From contig NC_092371.1 of NCBI RefSeq assembly GCF_030028105.1, positions 97,057,064-97,121,063 of the forward strand: a stretch of 64,000 nt of DNA, given 5' to 3'. Below the pieces are notes generated by a model, which worked only from the letters and a program-made list of their open reading frames with translations, made no database searches and was not told where the DNA came from. Below are positions 35,047-47,911 of the stretch, piece by piece. The position numbers were made by a program, and so were the translations under genes. Source of the stretch: Mobula birostris (taxonomy: Eukaryota). Position 1 is the first letter of the stretch, and every line of letters starts with the position of its first letter.

Positions 35047-35705
35047 CATAGAAACAGAAAATTTACAGCACAATACAGGCCATTTGGCCCACAATGCTGT
35101 GCCGAACATGTACTTACTTTAGAAATTACTAGAGGTACCCATAGCCCACTGTTTTTCTAAGCTCCATGTACCTATCCAAAAGACTCTTAAAAGACCCTAA
35201 CGTATCCATGTCCACCACCGTCACCGGCAGCCCATTCCACGCACTCACCACTCTCTGCGTAAAAAAACTTATCCCTGACATCTCCTCTGTACCTACTTCC
35301 AAGCACCTTAAAACCATGCCCTCTCATGATAGCCATTTCAGCTCTGGGGAAAAAAAGCCTCTGACTATCCACACGATCAATGCCTCTCATCATCTTATAC
35401 CCCTCTATCAGTTCACCTCTCATCCTCCGCCGCTCCAAGGAGAAAAGGCCTAGTTCACTTAACCTATTCTAAAAAGGCATGCTCCCCAATCCAGGCAACA
35501 TCTTTGTAAATCTCCTCTGCACCCTTTCTGTAGTTTCCACATCCTTCCTCTAGTGAGGTGACCAGAACTGAGCACAGTACTCCAAGTGGGGTTTGACCCG
35601 GGTCCTATATAGCTGTACATTACTTCTCGGCTTTAAACTCAGTCCCACGATTGATGAAGGGCAATGCATCGTATGCTTTCTTAACCAGAGAGTTAACCTG
35701 CACAG
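35047..35705 (-). mobile_element. CR1 3' end
   Basis: Minus ORFs MRGELIEGYKMMRGIDRVDSQRLF and FFTQRVVSAWNGLP; tail ...tttctgtttctatgttt. Confidence 0.85.
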
Positions 35706-35879
35706 CAGGTTATAATTTATAAAATTACAAATTTTCGACTTACCTTGTAATTTTTTTTCAAATAATAGTAATAATGATAATGTTTTAGTATTCTCATTTA
35801 ATAATTATTATCGTTTTTAGTAACCAAAGGATATCAAAAAATTAAAGCAGAGGAAGAGTTCACTGTTTTGAAGAGCAGA

Positions 35880-36870
35880 GCTTGTACAAAATTTAAGGTA
35901 GAATGGCTTTGGCAACTCATAGGTGCTGAACTACCGGCTTCATGAAAAAAAAAGTCACTATATTTACATGTCAAGACACTGGAGATGGATGCACCATTTG
36001 TGCAGAAGTGAAAGATGGAGACTATTTCAGTAGTGCAAAAATGGGAATTATGGAAGTTAAATTACATTAAATGAAATCTTAACCAGAGGGTTCACGTAGA
36101 TGCAGTTACCAAGTTATGCAACCCGAAGAAATGTGGAATTTTGCACTTGTTAACTGAAACTCCAAGAGAGCATGAAGCAAAATGCATGAAGAAATCAAAT
36201 TCTGATATCGTCAGCAGTAATTGATAACATTTTCTTAGCAATTAAAATTAAGTTTCAATGCATTCAGAGAAAGTAATTGGCAGGAAGAATTATGCGTTTG
36301 TATTTGTTGTGTGCATCAGCTTTGTGCTTCAAAAACAGATAGTGGAAGAATTGCGGATGTCTGCTTTCTGTACAGTAACTGCTGGTGAAAGGACAGACCT
36401 TTCCGTACATAAAATGTTAGTCTTGTATTTTAAGTTTCGACCAAAAGTGAAACTTCTCTAAAACTGTGTTGATTGGTATTTTGAAACTAACCCCATGTGG
36501 CATTATCACTATTGTTGAAACAGTAAACACATTTTATATCAGCAACAATCTTGATAGTCAAAATGTTTACGTCATACAGGGCAATTGTTATGGCTGGGAA
36601 GAACAATGGCATGGCAGCATTTCTTCGAAGAGAAATAAAGCATCTGGATGAGCAACTTAGACAACGCAGGGGAAAGAGCATGCAGGAAATAGAAGCACCA
36701 CTACAGGCAGTGTATACAATGTTCAACAAGTAGTCAGTTAAAACAAAAAGAAAAGCTAGACGATTTAGCTAATGTCACACAATGTGATTTTGAGTCATTA
36801 AACGAAGTCAAGACATTTTTGCCGTTACTACTTTAATAAGTAGCTATGAAGTTTTAATCGAGTATTGCAA
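35880..36870 (+). mobile_element. Degenerate hAT-superfamily transposase relic (ZNF862/DUF4371-like)
   Basis: Consecutive frameshifted pieces KNYAF..CISFVLQKQIVEELRMSAFCTVTAGERTDLSVHKMLVLYFKFR / LIGILKLTPC...IVETVNTFY..NNLD / AIVMAGKNNGMAAFLRREIKHL / MQEIEAPLQAVYTMF follow the hAT order DESTD...DGAxVMxGKxNGV...HCxAH. Confidence 0.6.
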
Positions 36871-36886
36871 AGATCAAATTAATGAA

Positions 36887-37706
36887 TGTAATGATCAAAT
36901 TAGCAACTGATACCTGTGTATAGTGTATGGGTGAGATGTGTAGGTATGAAAATTGGCATGGCAGGGAAATGGTTAACAATTAGGAATTTATGGGCCTGTT
37001 ATGTTGTTGGGCAGATTGACCCTTGATACTAGGTAAGGGGAGAACAACATGTGACTCTGGTCTACTGGATAACATGCCTGAGAGCTGCTAACAGTGCTGA
37101 TTTGTGTAAAAGTAATGAATCACCTTGTCTCTAAAGAATGTTTTTTTTTTAACCCCCCACATTGTTTGGTTGTAAGATTAATAGGATGCATTGTCCCTGA
37201 GGGGGTAAAGGTCGGGGTTGTTAAAGGTCACCTGACCTTGGTTCTTTCAGGTACGGAGGATGTTTGTTGGCTTAATACGTGGCCAGGACTTGGATTGGCC
37301 CAAGTTAGGGTCGTGTAAGCGTCAGATTGGATGCCTAGCCCCTTCCAGCTGGACTGGGAGGTGGCGATAGTGCTATAAAGGCGAGAAAGTTCTTTCTTGG
37401 GTAGGCCATTCACCTGGGTTCCACCTGCAGACCGAGCAGCTGAACCAGCGCCAAGGACCTCCACCCTAGTCAGTCCACAGTCGGTCGCCTGCTTCAAGGA
37501 CCACGCAGACGTTGCTAAGTATACTCGGTGGTGTAGATTACTAGGGGCTGCTTAAGTTAGCCCCACCTATTAGTGGTGTAGGTAATGTACAATATAAGGC
37601 ATTTCTCGAAACTCTATTTTCTTTTCTCTATTAACAATAAAGTGAGTCTCGTAGGAATAACGGAGTCTGGGTCCATTTGTTCAAGCGAACCCAAATAGTT
37701 GCAGCA
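36887..37706 (+). mobile_element. Probable solo LTR
   Basis: Starts TGTAATGA, has a TATA-like CTATAAAG at about 37373 and AATAAA at about 37637, ends ...GCA; no clear TSD. Confidence 0.4.
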
Positions 37707-37847
37707 TCCACCCATCACAGTTATTATTGGGTATCACTTTTGGAACAGCCTGAAGATTCTTGACAATCCACAACATCAAGTTTTGGAAAATCTGACATCT
37801 CTTTGTAAATTCTTTCAGAAAAGCTGTTTGAATACAAATAAAGCACT

Positions 37848-40800
37848 TAGAACCATAGAACCGTAGAAACTACAGCACAGAAACAGGCCCTTTGGCCCTT
37901 CTTGGCTGTGCCGAACCATTTTCTGCCTAGTCCCACTGACCTGCACACGGACCATATCCCTCCATACACCTCCCATCCATTTATCTGTCCAATTTATTCT
38001 TAAATGTTAAAAAAGAACCCGCATTTACCACCTCGTCTGGCAGCTCATTCCATACTCCCACCACTCTCTGTGTGAAGCAGCCCCCCCTAATGTTCCCTTT
38101 AAACTTTTCCCCCCTCACCCTTAACCCATGTCCTCTGGTTTTTTTTCTCCCCTTGCCTCAGTGGAAAAAGCCTGCTTGCATTCACTCTATCTATACCCAT
38201 CATAATTTTATATACCTCCATCAAATCTCCCCTCATTCTTCTACACTCCAGCAAATAAAGTCCTAACCTATTCAACCTTACTCTGTAACTGAGTTTCTCA
38301 AGTCCTGGCAACATCCTTGTAAACCTTCTCTGCACTCTTTCAAACTTATTTTTATCCTTCCTGTAATTTGGTGACCAAAACTGAACACAATACTCCAGAT
38401 TCGGCCTCAATGCCTTATACAACCTCATCATAACATTCCAGCTCTTATACTCAATGCTTTGATTAATAAAGGCCAATGTAACAAAAGCTCTCTTTACGAC
38501 CCTATCTACCTGTGATGACACTTTTAGGGAATTTTGTATCTGTATTCCCAGATCCCTCTGTTCCACTGCACTCCTCAGTGCCTTGCCATTAACCCTGTAT
38601 GTTCTACCTTGGTTTGTCCTTTCAACGTGCAATACCTCACACTTGTCAGTATTAAACTCCATCTGCCATTTTTCAGCCCATTTTTCCAGCTGGTCCAAGT
38701 CCCTCTGCAGGCTCTGAAAACCTTCCTCACTGTCTACTACACCTCCAATCTTTGTATCATCAGCAAACTTGCTGATCCAATTTACCACATTATCATCCAG
38801 ATCATTGATATAGATGACAAATAACAATGGACCCAGCACCGATCCCTGTGGCACACCACTAGTCACAGGCCTCCACTCAGAGAAGCAATTCTCTACCACC
38901 ACTCTCTGGCTTCTTCCATCGAGCCAATATCTAATCCAATATACCACCTCTCCATGTATACCTAGCGACTGAATTTTCCTAACTAACTTCCCATGCGGGA
39001 CCTTGTCAAAGGCCTTACTGAAGTCCATGTAGACAATATCCACTGCTTTCCCTTCATCCACTTTCCTGGTAACCTCCTCAAAAAACTCCAACAGATTGGT
39101 CAAACATGACCTACCACACACAAAGCTATGTTGACTCTCCCTAATAAGTCCCTGTCTATCCAAATGCTTGTAGATTCTGTCTCTTAGTACTCCCTCCAAT
39201 AATTTACCTACTACTGACATTAAACTCACCAGCCTATAATTTCCCAGATTACTTTTTGATCCTTTTTTAAACAATGGAACAACATGAGCCACTCTCCAAT
39301 CCTCCGGCACTTCACCTGTAGACAGCGACATTTTAAATATTTCTGCCAGGGCCCCCGCAATTTCAACACTAGTCTCCTTCAAGGTCCGAGGGAACTCTGT
39401 CAGGTCGCGGGGATTTATCCACTTTAGTTTTCCTCAAGACAGCAAGCATCTCCTCCTTTTCAATCTGTACAGTTTCCATGGTCTCACTACTTGATTCCCT
39501 TAATTCCATAAATTTCATGCCAGCTTCCTTAGTAAATACAGACGCAAAAAACCTATTTAAGATCTCCGCCATTTCCTTTGGTTCCGCACAAAGCCGACCA
39601 CTCTGATCTTCAAGAGGACCAATTTTATCCCTTACAATCCTTTTGCTCTTAATATACTTGTAAAAGCTCTTTGGATTATCCTTCACTTTGACTGCCAAGG
39701 CAACCTCATGTCTTCTTTTAGCCCTCCTGATTTTTTTCTTAAGTATTTTCTTGCACTTCTTATACTCTTCAAGCACCTGATTTACCCCCTGTTTCCTATT
39801 CATTTCATACAACTCCCTCTTCTTCTTTATCAGAGTTGCAATATCCCTTGAGAACCAAGGCTCCTTATTCCTATTCAATTTGCCTTTAATCCTGACAGGA
39901 ACATACAAACTCTGCACTCTCAAAATTTCCACTTTGAACGCTTCCCACCTACCAATCACATCTTTGCCAGAGAACAACCTGTCCCAATCCACACTTTTTA
40001 GATCCTTTCTCATTTCTTCAAATTTGGCCTTCTTCCAGTTCAGAACCTCAACCCTAGGACCAGATCTATCCTTGTCCATGATCAAATTGAAACTAATGGT
40101 GTTATGATCACTGGGACCAAAGTGCTCCCCTACACAGACTTCTGTCACTTGCCCTAATTCATTTCCTAACAGGAGATCCAATATTGCATCCCCTCTAGTT
40201 GGTCCCTCTATATATTGATTTAGAAAACTTTCCTGAACACATTTTACAAACTCTAAACCATCTAGACCCCTAACAGTATGGGAGTCCCAATCAATGTATA
40301 GAAAATTAAAATCCCCTACCACTACAACTTTATGTTTCCTGCAGTTGCCTGCTATCTCTCTGCAGATTTGCTCTTCCAAGTCTCGTTGACTATTCGGTGG
40401 TCTGTAATACAATCCCACTAATGTGGCCATACCTTTCCTGTTTCTCAGCTCCACCCATAAGGACTCAGTAGACAAGCCCTCTAATCTGTCCTGCCTGAGC
40501 ACTGCTGTAATATTTTCCCTAACAAGCAATGCTACTCCCCCACCTTTCATTCCTCTACCTCGATCACATCTGAAACATCGGAACCCTGGAATATTAAGCT
40601 GCCAGTCCTGCCCCTCATGTAGCCAAGTTTCACTAATTGCTACAACATCATAATTCCACATGTCAATCCACACCCTCAACTCATCCGCCTTCCCCGCAAT
40701 ACTCCTAGCATTGAAATATATACACCTCAGAAGATTTTTACCACCACTAACAACCTTTCTATCAGCAGATTTGCTTAAACTTTCATCATTTATTTTCACC

Positions 40801-42184
40801 CCAGCCACACTGTCAGCTCTGGCACTCTGGTTCCCATCCCCCTGCAAATCTAGTTTAAAGCCTCCCCAATAGCACTAACAAACCTCCCTGAAAGGATATT
40901 GGTCCCCCTGTGGTTCAAGTGTAACCCGTCTCTCTTGTACATGTCCCACCTGCCCCAGAAGAGGTCCCAGTGATCCTGAAATCTGAAACCCGAAACCCTG
41001 CCCCTTACACCAGTTCCTCAGCCACTTGTTCCTCCTCCAGAGCATCCTATTCCTACCCTCACTGGCATGTAGCACAGGTAGCAATCCTGAGATTACCACC
41101 CTTGAGGTCCTGTTTTTCAACTTCCTACCAAGCTCTCTATACTCACTGTCCAGGACCTCTTCACTCTTCCTTGCTATGTCATTGGTACCGATGTGCACCA
41201 CGACATCTGGCTGGTCACCCTCCCACTTCAGAATGTCATGCAATTGATCAGAGACATCCTTGACCCTGGCACCCGGGAGGCAACAAACCATCCTGGATTC
41301 TCTGTCACGACCACAGAACCTTCTATCTGTACCTCTAACTATCAAGTCCCCTATCACTACCGCTCTCCTCTTTCCCCACCCTCCCTTCTGCACTGCAGAG
41401 CCAAACTCAGTGCCAGAGATCCAGCTACAGCAGCTTGTCCCAGGTAAGTCATCCCCCCCAACAGTATCCAATGCGGTATACTTGTTGCTGAGGGGAATGG
41501 CCACAGGGGAACCCTGCTCTGCCTGCCCTTCCCTCTTCCCTCACCTGACAGTGACCCAATTTCCCGTCCTCTGCTCCTTTGGCGTAACTACCTCCCTGTA
41601 GCTACGATCTATAATCTCCTCATTCTCCCGAATGATCCGCAGGTCATCCAGCTCCTGCTCCAGTTCCCTAACGCAGTTTGTTAGGAACTGCAGCTGGATG
41701 CACTTCTTGCAGGTGTCATTGTCAGGGACACCAGAGGGCTCCCTGACTTCCCACATCCTGCAAGAGGAGCATTCCAACATCCTGCCTGGCATTCTCACTG
41801 CACTAAACAATCTGAACAAAAAACTTACCAGAACCTACCCTGGCCTCTGCCTGTGCTCGCCGAAGCCTGTTTGAGCCAATGCCGTCCCACTCTGACTCAG
41901 TCCACTCCGACGATGGCCACTGAAAATGGTGGCCTGCTTTTTAAATCTTGGCGCCCTACGTCACGCGCCTGCGCAGTGCAGACCCTTCTCCCCGAGCAGT
42001 TTAAAAAAAAACGACTTTTTCTATCCGATTTCTTCACTCCTTCTTAGCTGCTTGCTTCGACTGAAACAAGAACCGTTGAAAATTTCTCTTTTTAAACCTC
42101 GGCGCGCTACGTCACGCGCCTGCGCAGTGCAGACCCGTCTCCCCGAGCAGTTTAAAAAAACTTTTTCTACCCGATTTCTTCACT
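37848..42184 (-). mobile_element. Near full-length CR1 LINE (second family; frameshifted ORFs)
   Basis: ORF1 zinc finger/esterase in 41819-40875 (CSSC..CKKC, VIGDLIVRG, HIGTNDI; frameshifted). ORF2 EN 40847-39369 and RT 39382-38099 are separated by a frameshift near 39385. The tail is TTCTACGGTTCTATGGTTCTA at 37848-37868, and the 5' UTR carries duplicated monomers. Confidence 0.93.
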
Positions 42185-42952
42185 TGTTACAATAGAGCGT
42201 ATGGGGCGGACCCAGCGCAGGACACAGACAAGGAGGTGACATTAGCAGAAGTGTGTTCACTAATAGTTGCCAGGGAACGAGGATAGAATCCTTACACGGA
42301 CGAGGATGCGGGACAACAAACGGGACTCGGGACTCGGGACTCGGACAGGGAGAGACAGAATTTCCTACTCGGAGTAGCGGCAAACGGCCGGACCTACTCA
42401 GCTGGAAACGAGACAACTAACCCAACCAACGACCGACAATACGAACCTTGACACGGAATAGCTCGTGCGGCAAATGGCCGGTAATCACTCAGCTGGACAC
42501 GAAGAGACAGAATTCCCAACTCGGAGTAGCGGCAAACGGCCGGACTTACTCAGCTGAAAACGAGATGACAAAAACTAAACAATGACAGACCATTTGTATC
42601 TTGGCTCGGAGTGGCGGCAATCGGCCAGCAAATCTCAACCGGGCAGGAAAACGACAGAATTTGCGTCTTGACTCCGAGTAGCGGATGGCCGGCAACTCAG
42701 CTGGACACGAAAACGACTGAATTCACTAAGCAGCCACAGCACTGAAACAACTTAGAGTCCATGATTCTCGGCAGCTCCAGGACAAGCATGGCCACACTGT
42801 CTACAGTGACAAACCAGCAGCAGGTAGATGTAAGCCAGAGTATTTATGCTGCCGGTTCGAATGAGGATTAGGTGTCCTAATCAAGGAGCCCAGTGGAACA
42901 CGGGGAAAAGGAAATTAGCTGAAATGAGGAGTCGATGGAATGGACCGTGACA
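42185..42952 (-). mobile_element. Gypsy-type solo LTR
   Basis: TGTTAC...GTGACA termini; TATA-like GCATAAATA on the minus strand near 42845; internal repeats ctcggagtagcggcaaacggccggac; same layout as the LTR at 54176. Confidence 0.7.
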
Positions 42953-43671
42953 GCATTGTCGTATGCAAAAGCAAAAAGGATAGGTTTCGGTCACAGTATT
43001 CTGGCAATACGGTTTATTAACGTGACAAACTGAAAGATCTGCTTGTATGTATAATTTCTGACGTCGATACTGCGCGTATTATTTGATTCATTCAACGTGC
43101 GTATAATTACTTGATTTCTTGACGGTGAGTTAAGAGAATGATTTGTAATATAACATCCCAACTCCTATATATTATGCTAGTCCCTACGAAGGCAAATATA
43201 TGTTATCCTTTCTTGCCCTCCCCCCACCGTCTCAGCAGCCCCATCCAGCCGTGTTGCAATTTTCAGGGAACTATATGCTAGTGTGCTTTGTTCGTTAGCT
43301 TTTCTTAATGCCCTGCCATTTATTGTATATGTTCTACCCCATTTGACTTTTTACAACGCATCATCTCAAATTGTCAGGATTAAATCCACTTGCTAATGTT
43401 TCACCCAACTTCCACTGATCGATATCTTGCTATAGCCTTAGACAATCTTCACCCCTATCTGGAACACGACCGGTATACTGTGATTAGTATGATCTGCATA
43501 GCCCCTACAGTCTATATAAATAACAGATACAGCCCTGCCTTCAACAAACCCATTTGTTAATTTTTCAAAAAACTCAGTCACATTGCCGGGCCAGATTTCA
43601 CCCAGTACAAAGCCATGGTAATTGTCACTAATGAATCCTTGCCTTTCCAAACACGCATAAATCTTGTCCCG

Positions 43672-44200
43672 CAAACATGAGGAAATCTGCAGATGCTGGA
43701 ATTTCAAGCAACACACATAAAAGTTGCTGGTGAACGCAGCAGCCCAGGCAGCATCTCTAGGAAGAGGTACAGTCAACGTTTCGGGCCGAGACCCTTCATC
43801 AGGACTAACTGAAGGAAGAGCTAGTAAGAAATTTGAAAGTGGGAGGGGGAGGGGGAGATCCGAAATGATAGGAGAAGACAGGAGGGGGAGGGATGGAGCC
43901 AAGAGCTGGACAATTGATTAGCAAAAGGGATATGAGAGGATCATGGGACAGGAGGCCCAGTAAGAAAGTAAAGAGGGGGGGGGAAGCCCAGAGGATGGGC
44001 AAGGGATATAGTGAGAGGGTCAGAGGGAGAAAAAGCAGACAGAGAAAAAGAATGTGTGTGTATATAAATAAATAGCGGATGGGGTACGAGGGGGAGGTGG
44101 GACATTAGCGGAAGTTTGAGAAGTCAATGTTCATGCCATCAAGTTGGAGGCTACCCAGACGGAATATAAGGTGTTGTTCCTCCAACTTGAGTGTGACTTT
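43672..44200 (-). mobile_element. Penelope-like element 3' end inserted in a CR1 relic
   Basis: KLEEQHLIFRLGSLQLDGMNIDFSNFR, pyrimidine-rich spacer, hammerhead, terminal repeat. Confidence 0.85.
43770..43807 (-). ncRNA. Minimal type I hammerhead ribozyme motif (core intact)
   Basis: Minus strand tagtc CTGATGA a ggg-tctcgg-ccc GAAAC GTT gactg: stem I tagtc/gactg (G-U plus 4 bp), 3-bp GC stem II, ACGT palindrome, GUU triplet. Confidence 0.72.
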
Positions 44201-44505
44201 ATCACTCCTGTCCCGCGGAGTTTTCTTGTCCCTCAGTACTGTCCTTACCACTGACGTAATGCGCACCCACCTGTAGTTACCTAGTACATCACAAGGTATG
44301 TAGCACAAAGGTTCAAAAAGAGGATGTGGAAACGCTGGTTTTGTAGCGTAGATCAGATATTATTGAGGCGTCTTTGTAAATACAATATATCCTTTTCAAT
44401 TCTCTGATAAGAAGTTTGACACTACGTTTAATTGGTTTGCCTGAATTCGGTATTAAATTGAAGAGTGCAGAAGAGGGGAGAGCTGATTGAAATATATAAA
44501 ATTAC

Positions 44506-44540
44506 GAGAGATAGAGATAGAGATAGAGATAGATAGAGAT

Positions 44541-44589
<49 letters not shown>

Positions 44590-44600
44590 TAGATAGATAT
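44506..44600. repeat. Compound (AGAT/AGAGAT)n-(AG)n microsatellite inside a CR1 3' relic
   Basis: Visible directly; it sits where CR1 normally reads gatagggtagatag. Confidence 0.95.
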
Positions 44601-47600
44601 GAGCCGGAATCATATTCCCAGTGTAGAAGTGTCGAATAGGAGAACACATAGGGCAAAGTGAGAGAGAGAAGGTTTACTGAGGATGTGCGGTGCTCTTGTA
44701 TTTACACAGAAAGCAGTGAGTGTCAGGGACAGCTGCCACAGCTGGCAGTGATACCAGATGTGATGGACGTGTTCAATAAGCTATTAGATAAGCACACGAA
44801 GAAGCTGGGTGTGGAGGGACGTGCATCATGGTCAGGCAGAAGAGACTAGTTTAATTTAGCATCATGTTCGGTGCAGCTGTGGGCGAAGGGTCTGTTCCTC
44901 TGCTGTATTGCTGTATGTTTTATGTTCTATGTTCAAAATCCCCTCCTTACCGCTGACGGTGGATCAACAATTGAATGTTTCCGCAGTTGTATACAAATAC
45001 TGAAGACCCAAAATCAGTCGCCGAGTTCCACCAGTCATCTGCCCCTCCCTCCCGCGCCCTGTCCACCACTGACGCCGAGATTGCGTAACATTTACACCTG
45101 ATCTCCGATCAGGTGGCACAGGAGAAGAACGCTAAAGTACAGCAACTTGCATTTTATCAGAAGTGTCTGATTTTCTTTCAGTGTTTCCAATTGATAAGAA
45201 TTGTGTCGATTTTAGGATTGAAGTTTCTTTTTTTTAAGTTGTCTCGCATCAGTTTAATTTACCAGTTGATTGATTGCTAAAGACTTTTAGAGATATCAAC
45301 AGAGCTTTGTGGGTTCTGACAGAGGACGAAACCGGGATCGTGCTTTGGCATCTGTTTCATGTTTCTTGTACGTCGGGCTTTCTGTTGCTCATTCACACCA
45401 CTCTGTTTCGATGTCCGTGGTCGTACTGCCGCTGATGCCCCAGTCTGAATCGATTGGACGTAGGAAAAGGAAAGTCAATGGGATGGAAATTAAATGCGCT
45501 AGTGTTGCAGCAGACTGTATTCAAGAAAATCTAAGCTCTTTTGGTTTTGTTGGACCCCATCGTTGCAAATGAAATATAGTGCGAAGGCTGTGTGGTTTCA
45601 GTATTCAAGGCTCTGGTTGAGAGGATCATCTTCCCCTCGGTTCCCACAATCCATGTGAGGTTGAAGCGACGCGACAGCCCCACCTACCGGCGCAGAGGTA
45701 TATGACAAACGTGAATATCATAAGACGGAAGACATTGGAGCACAATTAGGCATTTCGGCCCGTAGAGTCTAGTCGGCTTCGTAGTCCGTTGTGCTGAAAG
45801 CAATAATATAAAGAGTTATCACTGATATATAACAGAAAAGTAAAGGTAGGAGTAGATATAGGTCGCTTTCAACTTGAGTTTGCTTCACCATTTCAAAGTA
45901 TCCTGGTTGATTGAATTTGAAAATCTACTTCGCATTCCTGCCTAAACTCTTTTGGTTTCTAATGATCTTTCTCTGCCTTAAATATGTTCCAAGACTCGAC
46001 TCCCACTGCCTTCTGTGAAAGGACTCCAAACTCGTTACCTTAAGCGATAAAGAAAAGGTCTTGTCTGTTTTAAATGGCAAATTCGTATTTTAACAGTCCT
46101 TACTAAATTTTGAGTTCTCGTGAAAGAAACATCTTCTCCACATTCGCTCTATAAGGACCACTAGATTTCATTCAAGTCCCATATTATTCTCATGAACTCC
46201 AGTAAATGGATGTCAAGCCTATTCAATACTTCTCCTCGGATAACGAGCCACCAACGAATTAGTTCTTGTAAACCTTCTCTGAACTTCTACCATATTTACC
46301 TCATTTCTTAAAGTAAGACTAATACAGTCCACATTTGGTCCTTCACGGCCCTGTCACATGAAGCATAACGCCCACAAATTTTGTACTTAATTCCCCTAAT
46401 ATGTTCATTGTCTTTTTAATTACTTGCACCAGAATAACAGCCTTTTGTGAATTACACACTATGATGACATAAAACGCCCTTACCCCTCTTTAGCTTGCAG
46501 GGTAATATTCTCCCACTACTTAGAAAATATGCTGTTGAAGTGTTTTTCATTCCAACACAGTCAATTTGTATTTTCCTGCTTTCTGCTTTGCCAGATTTTA
46601 GCTCACCCACTTGCACTATCGCTATCTCTCCGCAGCTTTCTGACGTCCTCGTCACACTGTAATTACCTATCTATCTCTTATTGTCATCAGTGAAGTGGAA
46701 GTGCCCGAATTCTTTCACACATTTCTGGTTATATCATTCCAGCGAATCGGCCATTTATGCCTGCACTTCATTTTTTGTCAGCCAATCAATTTTCTACCCA
46801 TGCCAGTATGTTATCATCCATTATTTTCCCTCGCTGAAGAGTTCTCCCCACTTACTTAACCCAGACAGGTAAATAACTCCACTCCCGGCGTAGCTGTAGT
46901 TAAAGGCGGTTTTATTATTCAGCAACGTGTTGCAGTACGCAAAGAGCCGATGTAAAAAGACATTATTTCTCGGTGTTCTAACGAAAGGCAGATTCAAATA
47001 TTGATTGAAATTCTAACAAGTGCTTCTAAGGAATGAATACAAGCGGTTGTATAATGGCCGAGCTGATGACAAAAGCTGATTGCTTAACAACGCGGTAATG
47101 AGTAATTAACAATTAAGCAGTGAGATCTAGTAATTAGAAATAAAATAACAATTCAAATCAGGACATATATAACACTTATACCATAAAGGTTTATTTTCCA
47201 GGTTAACCATTGATATGACGTTTACCGATGTTTCAAAGCAGGAATACACGGAAATGACAAATCTGAAGGACTTACAACGTAACTCGTAAAACGTAGAAAC
47301 ATGGCGCTATCCAAGACTCTTTATCAAACCACAACCCGTGTCTACATGAACCAGACAGTGTTCGTCAGCGTGTCACGTGTCCATGCCCTGTTTAAAAACA
47401 AGAAAACATTGCTCAGTGATTTATGAAACAATTGTTTTATATTGGGCGAGGATATCGCTAAGATTGTGAAACGTTTAATCGGTTTGAGGAAAACAATGAC
47501 CTTGCATCAATTTGGAAAGCCATTACCTAAAAAGAATGATAATAACAGTTATTTGCCTTTTAATCTTGGAGGAAGTGACCTCATCCCCGATCCGTATTAT

Positions 47601-47911
47601 TTACCTCTGTGATTCGTCTAAGAACGCCACTATTACAGGACGAATCGCAGACGGCGATGTGCTAGCGCAGCAGCGACATGGGACATCTATTTGACCAGGG
47701 CCGCAAACAACAAATTCTTCCTCAATGTTTGTAAAACTAATGGACTGATTATTGATTTCAGAACTCAGAAGTAGGCCGTACATGCGCCAGTTGACATTCG
47801 TGGATCGGCGGAAAAGAGGATCAAAATCTTTAAATTAGTCATTACATATCGATGCTTTTCTTGTGCCAGGCCTAGAGATGCAATCACAAGAAAGGCGTGC
47901 CTGTATCTTTA

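Noticed and set aside
36551-36733. Possible small standalone gene or terminal exon (MAGKNNGMAAFLRREIK...)
   Set aside because: Better explained as part of the frameshifted hAT transposase relic.
47512-47860. CpG-containing ORFs suggesting an exon
   Set aside because: It reads as an old Rex1 RT fragment (TITGRIADGD...NNxFLNVCKT..LIIDFR).
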